From an uncultured Actinomycetes bacterium (GTDB lineage: Bacteria > Actinomycetota > Coriobacteriia > Anaerosomatales > CAMTYE01): a stretch of 64,000 nt of DNA. The translations under genes were made by a program, and so were the position numbers. The notes beneath the pieces were generated by a model. It worked only from the letters and a program-made list of their open reading frames with translations, was not told the origin of the DNA and ran no database searches. The stretch spans positions 6,907 through 70,906 of the forward strand of contig CAMTYE010000010.1 of the NCBI GenBank assembly GCA_947085935.1, given 5' to 3'. How positions within the stretch are numbered: the stretch's first letter is position 1; the number at the start of each line of letters is the position of its first letter. This document shows positions 19,873 through 29,355 of the stretch, one piece after another.

Positions 19873-22596
19873 TTGAGCGAGCAGACCTCACAGACACGCC
19901 TCACCCTGACGGTGAACGGCAGCGCCATCGAGTCCGTCGCCGGCATGAGCGTGCTTGACGCATGTCGGGCGGCCGGCATCACGATTCCCACGCTCTGCCA
20001 CGACCCCCGGCTCGAGCCACACGGTGGCTGCCGCCTGTGCATCGTGGAGATCGAGGGCATGCGCGGCTTCCCCGCCGCCTGCACGACCCGGGCCGCTGAC
20101 GGCATGGTCGTCACGACCGACAGCGATACGCTGCGGGGGCTTCGCAAGACCGTCGTCGAGCTGCTGCTCTCCGATCACAAGCTCGAATGCGTCACGTGCG
20201 ACAGCGCAGGCGCCTGCCAACTGCAGGACGCCGCGTACCGGCTGGGAATCACCGAGTCATCCTTCCCCGGCGCCCACCATCCCGTTACCACGACCGACGA
20301 CAACCCCCTCATCGAACGCGACTACGAGAAGTGCATCGGGTGCGGGCGATGCGTGCGCATCTGCGACGAGGTCCAGGGGTGCAACGTCTATGGCTACACG
20401 GGCCGGGGCTTCGGGATGCTCCCCGACACGCCGTACGGTGCGTCCCTCACCGATTCCGGTTGCGAGTTCTGCGGCCAGTGCGTCTCGACCTGCCCGGTCG
20501 GCGCGCTCTCCAACCGCTTGAGCCGTTTCCGCGGCCGGGTCTGGGAAACGGAGTCCCGCGAATCGATCTGCGGCTACTGCGGCGTCGGTTGCACCGTCTC
20601 GTACTGCGTCAAGGACGGCCGGATCATCGGAGCCACAGCCCCGCTTGAGCGCGGCGTCAACCGCGGCAACCTCTGCGCCAAGGGCCGGTACGGCTGGCGC
20701 TTCACCCACCACCCGGATCGGCTGACGACCCCGCTCGTGCGCAAGAACGGCGAGCTCGTCGCCGCAAGCTGGGACGAGGCGCTCGGGCATGTGAGCGAGA
20801 CGCTGAAGCGCATCGCCGCCGAGCATGGCGGAGACGCGGTCGCCGGTCTCTCCAGCGCGAAGTGCACCAACGAGGAGAACTACCTGTTCCAAAAGCTCCT
20901 GCGGGCCGGATTCGGTACACACAACATCGACCATTGCGCACGTCTTTGACACAGCTCGACGGTGACCGGTCTGGTCGCCACATTCGGTAGCGGTGCGATG
21001 ACGAACTCGTATGCGGATCTGGGCAAGGCCGATGTCATCCTCGTCGTGGGGTCGAACACCACCGAGGCGCACCCGATCATCGCGATCGAGCTCAAGAAGG
21101 CCGCGCGCCGCGGCACCCGCATCATCGTGGTCGATCCCCGCAGGATCAAGCTCGTCGACCACGCGTCGCGCTGGCTGCGGATCAAGCCGGGGACCAACGT
21201 GCTCCTCTTCAACGCGCTCATGCGGGCGATTCTCGACGCGGGGCTCCAGAACGACGAGTTCATCGCCGAGCGCACCGAGGGCTTCGACGAGCTTCGCGCG
21301 CATCTGGCCGGCGTCGACATCGAGCAGGCTGCCGGGCTCACCGGTATCCCGGCGGCGGACATCAGAGCCACTGCCGAGGAGTTCGCCTCGGCAGATGCCG
21401 CCTCGATCGTCTACTGCATGGGAGTCACACAGCACACCTCCGGCCACGACCAGGTCCGGGCGCTGGCGGACCTCTCGATGATTGCGGGTCAGATCGGGCG
21501 CCCCGGCACCGGCATGAACCCGCTGCGCGGGCAGAACAACGTCCAGGGCGCATGCGACCTCGCATGCCTGCCCAACTGCCTGCCCGGCTACCAGAGCGTC
21601 ACCGACCGGGGCGCGCTCGACCGCGCATGCGACCTGTGGGCGACCGACCACGTGCTGTCCGACAAGCCCGGCCTGACGATCATCGAGATGTTCGACGGTG
21701 CCATTGCCGGCTCGCTCAAGGCGATGTACATCATGGGAGAGAACCCGCTCGTGGCCGACCCCGACATCGAGCACGTCCGCGAGGCGCTCGATGCCCTCGA
21801 GTTCCTCGTTGTGCAGGATATCTTCCTCACAGAGACCGCGGCGATGGCGGACGTCGTCTTCCCGGCGGCGACCTTCCTGGAGAAGCACGGCACCTTCACG
21901 AACTCCGAGCGGCGTGTCCAGCTCGTGCACAGCATCGTGGAGGCGCCGGGAGACGCACTCCCCGACCTCGACATCCTCATCTCGCTCGCCCGCGCCCTCG
22001 GCATGGACTGGGAGTACGACGGTCCGTCCGACGTCATGATCGAGATGGGCGCCGTCACCCCCCAGTACGGCGGCATCACCTACCGCCGGCTGCGCGAAGA
22101 GGGCAGCCTCCAATGGCCGTGCCCCGATGCCGATCATCCAGGCACGCCCATCCTGCACACAACCAGCTTCCCGCGCGGCAAGGGCGCGTTCGCGGTCGTC
22201 GAGTACATCCCCCCTGCCGAGGAGACCACCGACGAGCTGATGTTCGTGCTCGGCACGGGCAGACACCTGTGGAACTTCCATTCGAACACCATGACCGGGC
22301 ACTCCGAGGGCCTGAACGCGCTGAACCCGGAAGGCTACCTGGAGATCTCCCCGGAAGACGCCGAGAGTCTCTCTGTCTGCGAGGGCGACATGCTCGAGAT
22401 ATCGAGTCCCCGGGCCACCGTGACCGCGCCGGCGCGCATCACAGCGGGGCTGCGGCCCGGCGTGGTCTTCATGCCGTTCCACTTCGCGGCCAGGCCGGCA
22501 AACGCGCTCACCACAGGCGTGCACAAGGATCCGTACTCGAAGATCCCGGCACTCAAGACCACGCCCGTAAGCGTGCGGAAGGTCGACGGGGCGTAG
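19873..22596 (+). CDS. fdhA: Formate dehydrogenase alpha subunit, selenocysteine-containing, with NuoG-like N-terminal Fe-S domains
   Basis: ORFs 19873..20949 and 20962..22596 are in the same frame, separated only by TGA at 20947..20949. The context IDHCARL-U-HSSTVTGL matches the FDH active-site Sec/Cys motif, and a SECIS-like hairpin follows. N-terminus carries 2Fe-2S plus 4Fe-4S motifs; the molybdopterin oxidoreductase body starts at ICGYCGVGC. Confidence 0.88.
20950..20990 (+). promoter_or_regulatory. Bacterial SECIS element (selenocysteine insertion hairpin)
   Basis: Eleven nt after UGA comes the hairpin GGUGACC-GGUCU-GGUCGCC (20961..20979). It has 7 bp including one G-U pair, and the loop contains GGUC. 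Spacing and loop resemble the E. coli fdhF minimal SECIS. Confidence 0.75.
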
Positions 22597-22604
22597 ATCG
22601 CGTC

Positions 22605-22895
22605 TCAGGGAGAAGGCGTCCCCGTGTGCTCGGGCGTGGTCTCCGGGTCGCGCTTCTCGTCATCGAGCAGCCCGGCCTCCTGCAGCGCATCGTAGCGCTC
22701 GGCGCCCACACACGCGCGAGCCGCGCTGCACCATGCAGCACATGAGGGTACCGCGAGCTTCTCGACCCGGGCACCGCAGTCCGGACAGCGGCGGCGCTGC
22801 TCGTCGGAGAACATCTCGACCATGACGCCGCAACCGGGGCAGCGGACCTCGCTCGCCGTGATGAATCGTGGCTCGGATCCGGGGCACTTGGTCAT
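22605..22895 (-). CDS. Small Cys-rich zinc-ribbon protein (function unknown)
   Basis: 96 aa with 8 Cys: CPG..., CPGCG, CPDCG, then C-x3-C-x5-C. GGAGGTG RBS just upstream. Convergent with fdhA. Confidence 0.6.
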   Translation of the reverse strand: MTKCPGSEPRFITASEVRCPGCGVMVEMFSDEQRRRCPDCGARVEKLAVPSCAAWCSAARACVGAERYDALQEAGLLDDEKRDPETTPEHTGTPSP

Positions 22896-23020
22896 CGAAC
22901 TGACACCTCCGGCAAAGGTGGACTCCTACTGTGTTGTGCCCGCTGGCCGCAAAGTGTATGCCGAGACGACACGCGCGCATTCACCGCCCCGCCGAGCGGC
23001 CTGGCCGACCCGGTGGCTGG

Positions 23021-23485
23021 TCAGCGGTGGTACGGCTCACCCCGGTTGATGCGAAATGCGCGGTAGACCTGCTCGACCAGAAGCACGCGCGCCATCTGAT
23101 GCGGAAGGGTCATCGGACCGAGCGAGATGCGTTCGGCAGCCTTCGCGACGACCTCAGGCGCGAGCCCCGCCGCCCCGCCGATCACGAACGCGATGTGGCT
23201 CGAGCCCTCGAGCGCCCGGGCTGCCATCCACGCGGCGAACTCCTCGCTGGAGCGCCGGGTGCCGCCGATCTCGAGCACGACGACGTGGGCGGCTTCGGGG
23301 AGCGCGCGGAGAATCGCGGCACCCTCCTCGGCAAGGGCGCGGGCCTCGTCGCGAGTCACGTCGCGGTCCGGGACCTCGATCGTCTCGACCGTGGCGTACG
23401 GGCGCAGACGCTTCAGGTACTCCCCCGAGGCGTCCAGCCAATGCTGCTCCTTGAGACGCCCGACGGCGATGATCGTCACGCGCAC
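23021..23485 (-). CDS. rlmH: 23S rRNA (pseudouridine1915-N3)-methyltransferase RlmH
   Basis: ORF 23021..23521 trimmed to GTG 23485, next to the htrA stop. VTIIAVGRLK...YLKR...FVIGGAAGL...LSLGPMTLPHQMARV is the SPOUT RlmH pattern. Confidence 0.88.
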   Translation of the reverse strand: MRVTIIAVGRLKEQHWLDASGEYLKRLRPYATVETIEVPDRDVTRDEARALAEEGAAILRALPEAAHVVVLEIGGTRRSSEEFAAWMAARALEGSSHIAFVIGGAAGLAPEVVAKAAERISLGPMTLPHQMARVLLVEQVYRAFRINRGEPYHR

Positions 23486-23486
23486 G

Positions 23487-24872
23487 CTAGCCACGATTCC
23501 CGTCGGAACCCAGGGTGACATCGAGCGTCCGGCGCGTGTCGGCGCGGACGACCTCGACCTCGATGGTGTCGCCGACGCGGTTCGCGCGGATGGCAGCGAA
23601 GACGTCCTCGCTGCCGCCTATCTCACGTCCGTCCACCACGACGAGTATGTCGCCCCGCTCGATGCCCGCAGCGTCGGCCGGAGAGCCGGGCTCGACGAAC
23701 TGCACCAGAGCGCCGTGCTCGACCGCGAGCCCGAACCGGGATGCCGAGGAGGGGTCGATGGTCACGGTCGAGACCCCCATGTACGCATGGAGCGCACGGC
23801 CGTCCTTGATGAGCTGCCCGGCGACATCGATCGCGAAATCGACGGGGATGGCGAAGCCGATGCCGGCCGACTGAGGCGCCCCCACACTGCTCGACGGGGC
23901 CTGGATCAGCGTGTTGATGCCGATCAGCCGGCCTTCCGCATCGACGAGCGCCCCTCCGGAGTTGCCGGGGTTGATCGCGGCGTCTGTCTGGATGAGGTTC
24001 GTGTATGCGGAGATCGACTGCCCGCCTTCGGCGAGGCTCGAGCGACCGAGCGCCGAGACGATCCCGCCCGTCACCGTCTTCTCCAGCCCGAAGGGGCTTC
24101 CGATCGCGACGACGAACTGCCCGACCGCCAGATCTGACGAGGACCCGATCTCGATCGCCTCGAAGGGCCCTCCCTCGATCTTGAGGACCGCGAGGTCGGT
24201 GGTCGGGTCGACGCCCACGATCTTCGCGACGACATCATCGAGCCCGACGGTCACGAGTATCCTGTCGGCGCCCTCGATGACATGGTAGTTGGTCAGGATA
24301 TGGCCGTCCGAGCGGATGATGACCCCGGAGCCGTTTCCTGCCTCGGCGAGTCCGCTCTCACCCGTGTACGGGTTGTAACGCTGCTGCTCGATGGCGACGT
24401 TGACGACACTCGGGTTCACCTTGGCTGCCACGGCGACCGCGATGTTGACGTCCTGGCCTGCGGTGATCTCGATCGGACTCGACGCTGCGGTCGTTCCCCC
24501 CCGCGAGAGAGGCTGTGCGCCGGGCCATGCACCGAACGCCCACACAAGCGCCGCCGCGACCAGCAGGCCGCCAACAAGCGAACCGAGCGCCGCCGCCGTG
24601 ATGACTGAGGCGCTCGACCACCGTCGCGCGACGGTCGGCTCCTCGCACGGGACATCATCGTCGCCGGTGTACTCGCACACCGGGAGTTCCCCTGTGACGA
24701 ACTCGTAGCCCGGCTGCTCGGAGGCCGCGGGCTCGAAACCCGGCAGATGCGTCTCGCTGTCCTGCATCCGGGCGATCGACTCGCCGTCGGCACCCGGGGG
24801 CTCGTTGTCGATGTGCTCGACCGGCTCCTGTGAACCGGCGGGCTGCATGGTATCGAAATCCGAATCAGCCAT
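23487..24872 (-). CDS. htrA: HtrA/DegP-family serine protease (one TM segment, trypsin-like domain, one PDZ)
   Basis: Acidic N-terminus, a hydrophobic segment, catalytic motifs HILTNYHV and GNSGGALVD, and a C-terminal PDZ-like region. Confidence 0.88.
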   Translation of the reverse strand: MADSDFDTMQPAGSQEPVEHIDNEPPGADGESIARMQDSETHLPGFEPAASEQPGYEFVTGELPVCEYTGDDDVPCEEPTVARRWSSASVITAAALGSLVGGLLVAAALVWAFGAWPGAQPLSRGGTTAASSPIEITAGQDVNIAVAVAAKVNPSVVNVAIEQQRYNPYTGESGLAEAGNGSGVIIRSDGHILTNYHVIEGADRILVTVGLDDVVAKIVGVDPTTDLAVLKIEGGPFEAIEIGSSSDLAVGQFVVAIGSPFGLEKTVTGGIVSALGRSSLAEGGQSISAYTNLIQTDAAINPGNSGGALVDAEGRLIGINTLIQAPSSSVGAPQSAGIGFAIPVDFAIDVAGQLIKDGRALHAYMGVSTVTIDPSSASRFGLAVEHGALVQFVEPGSPADAAGIERGDILVVVDGREIGGSEDVFAAIRANRVGDTIEVEVVRADTRRTLDVTLGSDGNRG

Positions 24873-25033
24873 ACGTCATGTCTCCGTGTCTGCGAGTATC
24901 AGCGACGCCTATGAGTGTACCCCCGTCGAGCGGCCGGGAGCACGCAAAGGCCCACGTTACACGAGATGAGCACAGCCGCACCACGCTGCGTCCACGAGAC
25001 CCAGGCCCGGACCGACACGGCTACTCGGAAGCC

Positions 25034-25062
25034 TTGCCTGATTCCTGACTTCAGAGTAGATT
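25034..25062 (+). promoter_or_regulatory. Sigma70-like promoter giving a leaderless mRNA for the AlbA_2 gene
   Basis: TTGCCT (25034..25039), 17 nt spacer, TAGATT (25057..25062), then 7 nt to ATG 25070. There is no Shine-Dalgarno sequence. It lies in a local AT-rich island. Confidence 0.5.
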
Positions 25063-25069
25063 TCGTAGT

Positions 25070-26440
25070 ATGGACATCTCGACACTGCTCGCATCGCCGG
25101 AGAGCAAGACGCTCGAGTTCAAGCGCGACCTCTCGTCGCCCGGACCCATACTCCGAACGGCATGTGCCTTCGCCAACACCGCCGGGGGCGTTCTGCTGGT
25201 TGGAATCGCCGACGACAGGAGTGTCCTCGGCATGACCGATCCACTATCTGCCGAGGAGAGGATCGCGAACATCCTTGCCGACGGCATATCCCCGCACCTG
25301 CTTCCCGAGATCGAGATCCTCCCGTGGCGCGACAAGAGCCTGCTCGCGGTCACGGTGTATCCCGGGCCGTCACGCCCGTACCGCGTTGTCTCGGCCGCAT
25401 CGGACCGGCAGGTGTTCGTGAGAGTCGGCAGCACGAACCGGGCTGCCGATCGCGCGCTGATCGCCGAACTCGAACGCAGCGCCCATCGTGGCTCCTTCGA
25501 CGAGGAGCCGTTCCTCGGCCGTAGTGCGCGCCTGGAGCCGGAGCGACTCGCCCCGCATCTTGCGTCGAGTCGCACGCTCAGTCGCAGCCGATTGCTGTCA
25601 CTGCGGCTGGTGACCGAGCACGCAGGCAGAACAGTTCCCACCGTGGGCGGCATGCTGCTGGCCGGCGCCGACCGCGACACCCACTTCCCGGACGCACACG
25701 TGCGTGCGGGCAGGTTCGGCGGAACCGACCGCACCGTGATCCTGGACTCCCGCGAGTTTCACGGGGGTCTGCTGGACTCGCTGGAGCAGACGCTGGAGTG
25801 GATCGACGATCGCACACTTCGCCCGGTCGAGGTCTCCGGGGTGCGACATCGTGTCCGCCCGCAGTACCCGCCGCTCGCGGTCCGAGAGGCCGTAGTCAAC
25901 GCGATCGTTCATGCCGACTACAGCCAGGCAGGCGCACCCGTGCGAGTCGCACTCTACGACGACCGGCTCGTGATCGAGAATCCGGGGCTGCTCCCGTTCG
26001 GGCTGACGACCGCCGACATGATCGAAGGCGTCTCGCGAGTCCGCAACCGTGTTATCGCGAGGGTGTTCGCCGAGGCAGGCCTGGTAGAGCAGTGGGGCAG
26101 CGGTGTGCCGAGGATGATCGAAGCCTGTCGCGACGCCGGCATGCCCGCACCGCGCCTGGAGGAGATCGGCTTCGGCTTCAGGGTGACGCTCCTGGCCGGC
26201 GCGTCGGGCCTCCCCGCCGTCGATGAGCTCGACAGCGTGATCCTGAACCACCTGCAGGCCGACGGCGAGATGCGTACAGCTGAGATCGCGAAGCACATCG
26301 GTCGCACCCCGCGCGCAACTCGCACGCGACTGCAGCGGCTGATCGAGCGCGGCCTGGTGGTGGAGATCGGCTCCGGCCCCACGGACCCCAATCGTGCCTA
26401 TCACATCGCCGAGGAACGCGGAGAGTACCGCATCAGGTGA
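25070..26440 (+). CDS. AlbA_2 (Schlafen-type) DNA-binding domain plus HATPase_c_4-like plus C-terminal wHTH protein
   Basis: N-terminus ESKTLEFKRDL...ACAFANTAGGVLLVGIADD is the AlbA_2 signature. The middle region REAVVNAIVHADY...IENPG is GHKL-like. The C-terminal region looks like a winged helix. 456 aa. Confidence 0.8.
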   Translation: MDISTLLASPESKTLEFKRDLSSPGPILRTACAFANTAGGVLLVGIADDRSVLGMTDPLSAEERIANILADGISPHLLPEIEILPWRDKSLLAVTVYPGPSRPYRVVSAASDRQVFVRVGSTNRAADRALIAELERSAHRGSFDEEPFLGRSARLEPERLAPHLASSRTLSRSRLLSLRLVTEHAGRTVPTVGGMLLAGADRDTHFPDAHVRAGRFGGTDRTVILDSREFHGGLLDSLEQTLEWIDDRTLRPVEVSGVRHRVRPQYPPLAVREAVVNAIVHADYSQAGAPVRVALYDDRLVIENPGLLPFGLTTADMIEGVSRVRNRVIARVFAEAGLVEQWGSGVPRMIEACRDAGMPAPRLEEIGFGFRVTLLAGASGLPAVDELDSVILNHLQADGEMRTAEIAKHIGRTPRATRTRLQRLIERGLVVEIGSGPTDPNRAYHIAEERGEYRIR

Positions 26441-26467
26441 GGCAGGCCGGGGCCAGGGTCAAGCGCC

Positions 26468-27901
26468 CTACCCCGCGTACCCGAGGTACCGCAGGATCGG
26501 CGAGCCCGCCAGCCCGATCGCGAAGGTCGCCGCGACGGCGATGAGCAATGCGGCAGCAGCCAGGCGCGAGGGGACGAGCTGGATGCCGGAGGCGGCCGGT
26601 GTGATACCGCCGGAGTCAGCCTCAGTGGACTCCGTCCCGAAGAACATCGAGCGCACGATCCGGAAGTAGTATCCGGCCGAGACGACGCTGACGAGAACCG
26701 CGATGACCACGAGCCACTCGTACCCCGCCGTCACACCCGCACCGAACAGGTACAGCTTGCCGAAGAAGCCGGCGAGCGGCGGAATACCGATGAGCGACAC
26801 GAGCCACACGACCATCGCCCAGGCAGCCCACGGCCGTCGCGAAGCGAGATTGGCGAGCGAAGCGACCGAGTCGCCCTCCTCGGCGACCACGAGCATGATG
26901 GCCATCGACGGCACGGAGTACGCGACCGCATACAGCAGTACGGCGAGCATGGCGAGATCTCCGGCAGGCGCGTTGATCGAGACACCGGCAGCCAGGCCGA
27001 GCAGCAGGTAGCCGGTGTGCGCGACACCGGAGTAGGCCATGAGGCGGCGCACGTCGGACTGCGGCAATGCAGCCAGGTTACCCAGAAGCATCGAGGCGAG
27101 AGCGCCGATCACGAAGAGCGTGGCAAGCTGATCCACGCCCGGAGCGAGCATCGTCGCCAACCGGACGAGCACCGCCGCTCCGGCGATCTTGGGTACCGTC
27201 GACACGAACGCCACCGACGCGGCGGGCGCCCCCGCATACGCGTCGGGTGCCCAGAAGTGGAACGGGGCCGCCGACATCTTCGCGAACAGGCCCGCCATGA
27301 CGAGCACCGCCCCCGCGAGCGCCAGGGTGCCGGCACCCTCGAGCGCAGGAGCGACCTCCGCAAAGAGCGTCGAGCCGCTGAGCCCGTACAGGAATGAGAG
27401 CCCGTAGAGCATGATCAGGCTCGTGAGCATCGAGAGGAAGAAGTACTTGAGTGCCCCCTCAAGACCCCGGATGTCGTCGCGCCGGTAGCCCATCAGGACG
27501 TAGGCGGGCATCGTCGAGAGCTCGAGTGCCATGAACATCGTGATGAACTCCGCAGAGGCGGCGACGAGCACCCCGCCCAGCGATGAGAACAGCGCCAGAG
27601 CTGTGGCCTCGCGCGAACGCTCGCCGGTCATGCCGCGCCCGGCCAGCCACAGGAGCCACAGCGCAGTGAGTCCACAGATGCCGGCACGCACGAACTGGGA
27701 GTGCGTATCGTAGACCAGCATCCCGCCGAACAGCGTGCCCTCGGCCGCCGTGAACAAGCTCGCCAGAGCGGCTACTGTCGAGATCCCAGCGCCCAGCAGC
27801 GCGACCGTGCGATCGCGTCCCGGGAGGAACTCACCGAACAGCGCGACCGTCGCGCCGAACAGGAGCACGAACTCAGGAAACAGATGGAGGTAGCCCGACA
27901 T
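26468..27901 (-). CDS. nuoN: NADH-quinone oxidoreductase subunit N
   Basis: 477 aa polytopic antiporter-like protein, last gene of the nuo run, with a NuoN-type pattern. Confidence 0.88.
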   Translation of the reverse strand: MSGYLHLFPEFVLLFGATVALFGEFLPGRDRTVALLGAGISTVAALASLFTAAEGTLFGGMLVYDTHSQFVRAGICGLTALWLLWLAGRGMTGERSREATALALFSSLGGVLVAASAEFITMFMALELSTMPAYVLMGYRRDDIRGLEGALKYFFLSMLTSLIMLYGLSFLYGLSGSTLFAEVAPALEGAGTLALAGAVLVMAGLFAKMSAAPFHFWAPDAYAGAPAASVAFVSTVPKIAGAAVLVRLATMLAPGVDQLATLFVIGALASMLLGNLAALPQSDVRRLMAYSGVAHTGYLLLGLAAGVSINAPAGDLAMLAVLLYAVAYSVPSMAIMLVVAEEGDSVASLANLASRRPWAAWAMVVWLVSLIGIPPLAGFFGKLYLFGAGVTAGYEWLVVIAVLVSVVSAGYYFRIVRSMFFGTESTEADSGGITPAASGIQLVPSRLAAAALLIAVAATFAIGLAGSPILRYLGYAG

Positions 27902-29350
27902 CTACGCCCCCATGCCCTTGAGAAGAGTGGTCACGGCAGGATCCACGTAGCGCAGCAGCGCCGACCAGTACACGCCGATCACGACGATCAGCACGACGAG
28001 CGGGAGCAGGATGCCGATCTCGAGACGCGTCAGGTCGGTGATGCCGGAGACCGCCTTGGACTTCTCGCCGAGCACGACCCGCTGGACCATCCAGAGCATA
28101 TAGGCGGCAGCGAGAAGAACACCCACGCCGGATATCACCACGAAACCGGGCCACATGTCGGACTCCCAGGCGCCGAGCAGCGCCAGGAACTCGCCCGGGA
28201 AGCCGGCGAGCAGCGGCAAGCCGAGCGAGGCGAACGACGCGAACGCCATGAGCCCGGCGGCCACGGGCACGCCCGCTGACAGCCCGCTGACCTCGTCGAT
28301 CATACGCGTATGGGTGCGCTCGTAGACCATGCCGACCAGAAGGAACATCATGCCGGTGATGAGCCCGTGCGCGATCATGACGATCACGGCACCGTTGATA
28401 CCCGCCGCGTTTCCGGCGGCGATGCCGAGCATCACGAAGCCCATGTGCGAGACCGAGGAGTACGCGACGAGCTTCTTCAGATCCGTCTGAGCGAACGCCA
28501 CGGCAGCGCCGTAGACGATGGAGATCGCAGCGAGCAGTGCGATGAACCACGACCAGCTCGCGGCCGCGTCGGGAAGCATCGGCAGGGAGCTGCGTACGAA
28601 GCCGTACGTGCCCATCTTGAGCAGGACGCCCGCAAGGAGCACGGACCCCGCGGTGGGCGCTTCGACGTGCGCGTCAGGCAGCCAGGTGTGCAGCGGCCAG
28701 ACCGGTACCTTGACCGCGAAGCCCAGGAAGAACGCGGCGAACACCCACCACTGGAAGGTCGGATCGAAGCCCGCACGGGCCAGCTCGAGCATGTCGAAGG
28801 TGCCGCCCTGCATGCGCAGTGCGAGGATGCCGACGAGCATGAACACCGAACCGAACAACGTGTAGAGGAAGAACTTGATGGCCGCGTACTGGCGGCGCGG
28901 ACCGCCCCACTCGGCGATCAGGAAGTACATCGGCACCAGCACGAGCTCCCAGAACACGTAGAACAGCACGAAGTCCAGAGCGCAGAAGACGCCGTTCATG
29001 CCGACCTCGAGGAGCAGGATCATCGAGAAGTAGAAGGCCGGCTTGCGCTCCATCTTCCAGCTCACGAGGATCGCAAGCACGGTGAGCAGCGCCGAGAGTG
29101 CGATCAGCGGCATGGCGATGCCGTCGACCGACAGGTAGTACTGGATCCCGGCCTCCCTCACCCAGTCGTAGCGCTCGGTGAACTGGAAGCCACCGGCGAC
29201 GTCGAACCGCACCATGGCGTAGGTCGCCACGATGAGGTTCGCGACAGCGAAGAGCAGCGCGCTCCACTTGGCGGCGCCGGGACTACTCCTCGGCATCAAT
29301 GCCGTGACAGCGGCTCCCAACAGAGGCAGGAATATGATGGTCGTCAGCAT
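27902..29350 (-). CDS. nuoM: NADH-quinone oxidoreductase subunit M
   Basis: Antiporter-like subunit. Start taken as ATG 29350 (AAGGG RBS, 5 nt after the nuoL stop). The ORF-track start at 29377 is the alternative. Confidence 0.88.
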   Translation of the reverse strand: MLTTIIFLPLLGAAVTALMPRSSPGAAKWSALLFAVANLIVATYAMVRFDVAGGFQFTERYDWVREAGIQYYLSVDGIAMPLIALSALLTVLAILVSWKMERKPAFYFSMILLLEVGMNGVFCALDFVLFYVFWELVLVPMYFLIAEWGGPRRQYAAIKFFLYTLFGSVFMLVGILALRMQGGTFDMLELARAGFDPTFQWWVFAAFFLGFAVKVPVWPLHTWLPDAHVEAPTAGSVLLAGVLLKMGTYGFVRSSLPMLPDAAASWSWFIALLAAISIVYGAAVAFAQTDLKKLVAYSSVSHMGFVMLGIAAGNAAGINGAVIVMIAHGLITGMMFLLVGMVYERTHTRMIDEVSGLSAGVPVAAGLMAFASFASLGLPLLAGFPGEFLALLGAWESDMWPGFVVISGVGVLLAAAYMLWMVQRVVLGEKSKAVSGITDLTRLEIGILLPLVVLIVVIGVYWSALLRYVDPAVTTLLKGMGA

Positions 29351-29355
29351 CAGGA

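Noticed and set aside
19873-22596. FDH gene split into two ORFs, suggesting a pseudogene or frameshift.
   Set aside because: Both parts are in the same frame. The only interruption is a TGA at the canonical Sec position, followed by a SECIS-like hairpin, so this is recoding rather than decay.
25070-26440. AlbA_2/Schlafen-ATPase gene as the core of a phage-defence island.
   Set aside because: It is a single gene flanked by housekeeping htrA and nuo genes. No nuclease, methylase, toxin, integrase, tRNA-adjacent junction or direct repeats are visible, so it is kept only as a modest-interest observation.
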